A stretch of 63,486 bases of DNA, counting the filler, from Octopus bimaculoides (lineage: Eukaryota), in assembly GCF_001194135.2 (NCBI RefSeq). It is 6 parts of 5 records of this genome, joined end to end, with 100 filler letters (N's around TTAATTAATTAA, not from the genome) between each part and the next. Parts side by side here need not be neighbours in the genome. Positions count along the whole stretch, not along the records: positions 60,846 to 63,486 come from NC_068995.1; 5 more parts are not named here. The stretch is one strand, 5' to 3'. Below are positions 62,801 to 63,486 of the stretch, piece after piece. Every line of letters begins with the position of its first letter. Position 1 is the first letter of the stretch. The notes under the pieces are model-generated. The model had not been told where the DNA came from and made no database searches. It was given only the letters and a program-made list of their open reading frames with translations. Made by a program: the position numbers and the translations under genes.

Positions 62801-63486
62801 AGCCTGTAGATTTAGCGGTCAAGTGTATATATGGTAGAATAACAAATAGAAAGTCGTTGGTATAGTATCATATTTTTGAAAAAATCAATAGAAAAGGCTA
62901 TTCTGATAATTTTCCCACTTTAATAATTAAATGTTTACAAAAAAGTGGCTGATTGAGTTTCTCGCTTGTCGCTTGAAAGTGGTTTTCAAACTGATAATAT
63001 TGAAATCATTTTGTGCTTAAAGAGGGAGTGTTTGATTACAAGCATTCACATATACAAAGTTCAATACCCACAAGTACATGCACACACGCGCGCGCGCACA
63101 TATATAGAGAGAGACGTACATCCACATATACATACATACATACATACACATACACACATACACAAACACACACACGCGTTGGTTTGGGATGAGTATATAC
63201 AAAATTACACAAGAGCTCAAAATTCCGAAATACACACATAAAGGGAAGTAACTTCTGAGAATATTTTAATTGTTACCTCCCTTGGCATTCGACCAAGATT
63301 TTTGCGATAATTTTCGTTCACCATAGATTCAGTTCTCATTTACCTAGGGGTCAGCCACACTTAAGTGGCAATATACTACACTTTATCGTGCAGTTACTGT
63401 TAATACTTCATATAGAGAATTAACATTGCTTGTTTTCACCTTTTCAATATCAGTGAAGAATGTCACTGGAAAAGAAGATATAAGGT

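Overview
This is AT-rich, repeat-dense eukaryotic DNA from a draft scaffold, with many N gaps and five artificial N44-TTAATTAATTAA-N44 contig linkers. The SINE types and the (CA)n/(TA)n/(TATC)n/(AAT)n load suggest a cephalopod, probably Octopus; this is pattern recognition and was not database-verified. I cannot support any host protein-coding gene or true tRNA/rRNA gene. Most of the supplied ORFs are microsatellite or N-run artefacts. The recognisable coding remnants all come from transposons: Penelope-like (RT thumb + GIY-YIG), Ty3/Gypsy (gag, protease, fused RT/IN, tRNA-Trp PBS, LTRs), R4/Dong, RTE, CRE-like and zinc-knuckle ORF1 LINE pieces, plus Tc1/mariner, Tigger/pogo and hAT DNA transposons. 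There are at least five tRNA-derived SINE types and several MITE/foldback elements. The most interesting signals are: (1) a dispersed family of four short hammerhead-ribozyme-like motifs (CUGANGA...GAAACAGCUGUA) with no adjacent retroelement ORF; (2) a minimal hammerhead with a non-canonical core at the Penelope 3' end; (3) a long-TIR, 8-bp-TSD element carrying a degenerate TTAGGG array, plus a second mini-element with a similar core; (4) a MITE with self-complementary arms nested in a larger foldback; (5) three stacked LTR-end/PBS junctions in the Gypsy leader.
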